Of a stretch of DNA of 34,235 nt, positions 31,221 through 34,235 are shown piece after piece. This stretch comes from Octopus bimaculoides. Its lineage: Eukaryota. The translations under genes and the position numbers were made by a program. Under the pieces are notes generated by a model, which saw only the letters and a list, made by a program, of their open reading frames with translations, made no database searches and had not been told where the DNA came from. The stretch covers positions 43,043,270-43,077,504 of the forward strand of contig NC_068990.1 of assembly GCF_001194135.2 (NCBI RefSeq), given 5' to 3'. Each line of letters opens with the position of its first letter. Position 1 is the first letter of the stretch.

Positions 31221-32595
31221 AAAAGTTTCTCACGGTTTTACACTTTACAGTGTTACTGGATGTGCGTTTTGTAGCACCTGCACTAAAGAGGCAGCTATAT
31301 TTTTGACAGGATTAAAAGAACCTCATGAGCCCTCAGTCTGTTCACTCACCAACTTCTTTACAGAGTGATAGACATGATTGATAGAAACATGAATGATAGG
31401 GATAAGTGATAAGAGAAGGATATTTGGAAGGTGGTATGAGTGATAAGAATATTCAGTATTTTGAGATCTACAAATAGTCAAAGCAATGTTGCCAAGAGGA
31501 TAGGGCCATGACAGATGACAATGTAACCTAGGAGGGAGGGGTGTTAGAGTGGGGGAGAAAACGATGACAGAAACCCTGGATGTGTGGGAGAAAACAAATA
31601 AGTGTATGATAAGAGGTAGAGTGTGATGAAGTAATGACAGTCAAATTTGTAAATTATTTTGGCTGTACTAAGTTTGTATATTCTGATTTTTTAATTTCAC
31701 CACAATAAACTCCATGATTTTTATTCTTTGAGTGTCATTAAATCAGGAACAGAGGTTAAACTTAATTTTTACCTTCCCCTATTATATAAGCTCTTGTGCC
31801 CATGTTACAAATAAATAATTTAATATCTCTTCTTGAAAATGGCTTATGATGGTAGTCATTATGTAGTAGGAGTTAAAACATGTAATAGTGATTCGTCTAC
31901 TGGTTTTTCAAATGAAATACTGACTGCTACCTGACCCCAGAAGGCTAAAGGAAATTTATTGGGTAGACAAACTAGGAACTGGTAATATTTATGCCTTTTT
32001 TAGAAACATTGGTGTTCTAATCTGAAAGAAAACAAGCTAAACTGGCCATCGGAATAAATTATTAAATTGGTATAAATACTGTTTACTTTGAACTTTCTTG
32101 GTTTGAGGAGAGATATGTTTGACTCACATTCATACTTAACTGAAGAAGACAAAAAAAGTATCTAAATTGATAATAATTGGTTATGACACTATGTCGTGTC
32201 TGTGTGCTAACAGACAAAATGTTTCTAACTCAGTGTCTTATTTCCCATTATTTCATATAAATGAAATTAAGAACACTCTATGGTTTACAATCAATTTGCT
32301 TGTCATTGATAATGTCAAAAATTAAATATTTCATCTAATTTTTATCTATGTTGCATTGTAAATCATAAACTGACATTGTATGGAAACTAAGATCTATTTT
32401 TGTTCTGTTTTTTACTTGTTTCAGTCATTGGACTGTGGCCATGCTGGGACATCACTTTGATCAGTGCTTTGCAATCATTTTTTACCTACAGACCCCTTTG
32501 ATTCCTATTTTATTCAACTGGACCCTGGTAATTATTTAATGATCCTATTATATTTTATAATTAAATATTATTAGGAATTGCCTAAAAAAAAAATG

Positions 32596-33007
32596 AGGTA
32601 TAGCTGTGTGGTAAAAGGTTTACTTCCTAACCACATGGTTCCGGATCCAGTGTCACTGCATGGCATCTTGGACAAGTGTCTTCTACTATAGCTTCAGGCA
32701 ACCAAAACCTTATGAATAGATTTGGTAGATGGAAACTGAAAGAAGCCTGTTGTATATATATATATGTATATACGCGTGTGTATGTTTTGTGTCTGTGTTT
32801 GCCCCACCACCACCACTACTTGACAACTGGTGTTGGTGTGTTTACGTCCCTGTAACTTAGTGGTTTGGCAAAAGAAACTGATAAAATAATTACTAGGCTT
32901 AGAAAAATAATAAGTCTTCAGGTTGATTTGTTTGATTAAAACCTTTCAAGGCAATGCCCCAGCATGGCCACAGTCAGATCACTGAAACAAAAGAAGAGAT
33001 AAAAGAT
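32596..33007 (+). mobile_element. Family B SINE, full length; inverted B tail fragments at 32405-32460 and 33075-33245
   Basis: GGTATAGCTGTGTGGTAAAAGG..CATCTTGGACAAGTGTCTTCTACTATAGC..CCCCAGCATGGCCACAGTC. Confidence 0.85.
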
Positions 33008-33509
33008 TAAAAATTATTTTGTGTATTGTCGAAGTATAACCAAGTTATTGAAGATAGATTTTAACAGCAAAATCTTATATGGACCCCCATGGGCCATGGT
33101 GGGGTTTCAGTTGAATAAATCAACTCCAGTCCTTTTGGTCTCCTTTGTTAAATGGCTAAGTTACAGGGACGTAAACAAAGCAACACCAGTTGTCAAGTGG
33201 AGAGGTGGGCAAACAAACAAGAACACAAAGACAGAAACTCAAAACAGAACTCAGTGCTAAGGGTCAAGCGTTGTTTATGGCTATTGTAGCTTGCATGTCA
33301 CTTCTAGTTATTTCTAATTTCACATTTCCCAATCGTCAGATTGGACATGACATGCAATATAGCTAACTGTTGTTCAGAATATGAGGGCAGGTGTGTGAGA
33401 AATCAGTGAATAGGTGTTAGACAAAGAAAGAGAAGAAAAAAAAGAAGGGAAAGAGAGAAAATTGTGTATCTTGGGTGGGGAAGAGGTTATTGATGCTTAT
33501 ATGATGGTT

Positions 33510-33545
33510 GATCTATCTATCTATCTATCTATCTCTCTCTCTCTT

Positions 33546-33600
<55 letters not shown>

Positions 33601-33630
33601 CTTTCTATCTATCTATCTATCTATCTATCT
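33510..33630. repeat. (CTAT)n/(CT)n microsatellite
   Basis: Direct reading. Confidence 0.95.
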
Positions 33631-33651
33631 AACTGTCTAATCATCCACAAA

Positions 33652-34125
33652 GGCCTCTGGGTCTCTCAAGAAGTATCTATGGAGCTGCTATAATATTGCC
33701 TGCAACACAAAGATAAAGGTGTCTGGTACCACAGTGCTTCCTTGTGTTCTCTATGTCACAGAATGCATGACCCTCTACTGCAGGGACATCAAGGCCTAGA
33801 CACGAGTCCAACTTTGTCATCTGCACTACATCTTGCATATCAGATGGCAGGATCACATTCTTGATGCAGAGATCCTGCACCGCTCTGACACATTTAGTGT
33901 GGAGGTCCTCATTACATCTCATAGTTGCACTGAGTGGGACATGTTTGCAGAATGGAGGGCAGCAAACTCCCAAAGACAGTTTCCTATGCTGGACTGTGTC
34001 AGGGCAGGTGGAGATATGGTGGTTAGAAGTTGCGATACAGAAATGCGCTGAAAAGACATATGAATAACTCTGGCATCTCCTCAGACACCTAAGAGGGGAA
34101 AGCCCTGTAGCATGATGAATCGCAC
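33652..34125 (+). mobile_element. RTE LINE (BovB-like) ORF2 C-terminal fragment
   Basis: TKIKV..VLPCVLY..CMTLY..ILHIRWQDHILDAEILHRS..GHVCRMEGSKLPK..GG*KLRYRNALKRHM matches the BovB-type IxWQDxIxxxEVL, GHVxRM and GGQKLRYKDxLKR motifs. Confidence 0.85.
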
Positions 34126-34127
34126 CA

Positions 34128-34192
34128 ATATATATATATATATATATATATGCATGGATATATATATATACACACACACACATATATATATA

Positions 34193-34235
<43 letters not shown>
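34128..34235. repeat. (TA)n microsatellite
   Basis: Direct reading. Confidence 0.95.

Noticed and set aside
165-34183. ORF-track entries as genes
   Set aside because: They translate microsatellites (HT/VC/YI/SL repeats) or read through N-gaps; the rest are broken transposon fragments.

Overview
Eukaryotic non-coding DNA (intron or intergenic), AT-rich, dense in repeats and microsatellites, with 7 N-gaps typical of a short-read assembly. The SINE families look like those I recall from Octopus (coleoid cephalopod); this taxon call is inference. I find no host protein-coding gene. Nearly all listed ORFs are microsatellite or N-run artefacts; the few with recognisable protein similarity are decayed transposon fragments (RTE and CR1/Jockey-group LINEs, a DD37D/maT-like Tc1/mariner, a mariner C-terminus). 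Several retroposon families are present, labelled here A-E with my own working names, plus MITEs and minisatellites. The most interesting signal is a set of ~170-220 bp inserts sitting in (TA)n microsatellites that carry type I hammerhead ribozyme folds, all on the minus strand. 17354-17444 has an intact core and an unusually long stem II; 15668-15704 has a variant CUGUUGA core; 1080-1114 is CpG-decayed; a fourth candidate at ~5588-5622 is cut by a gap. These resemble Penelope-like or retrozyme-type elements. Other points of note are a near spacer-less 274-bp palindromic MITE, nested SINE insertions with target-site duplications (TSDs, one amplified into a tandem array), and several close inverted repeat pairs.
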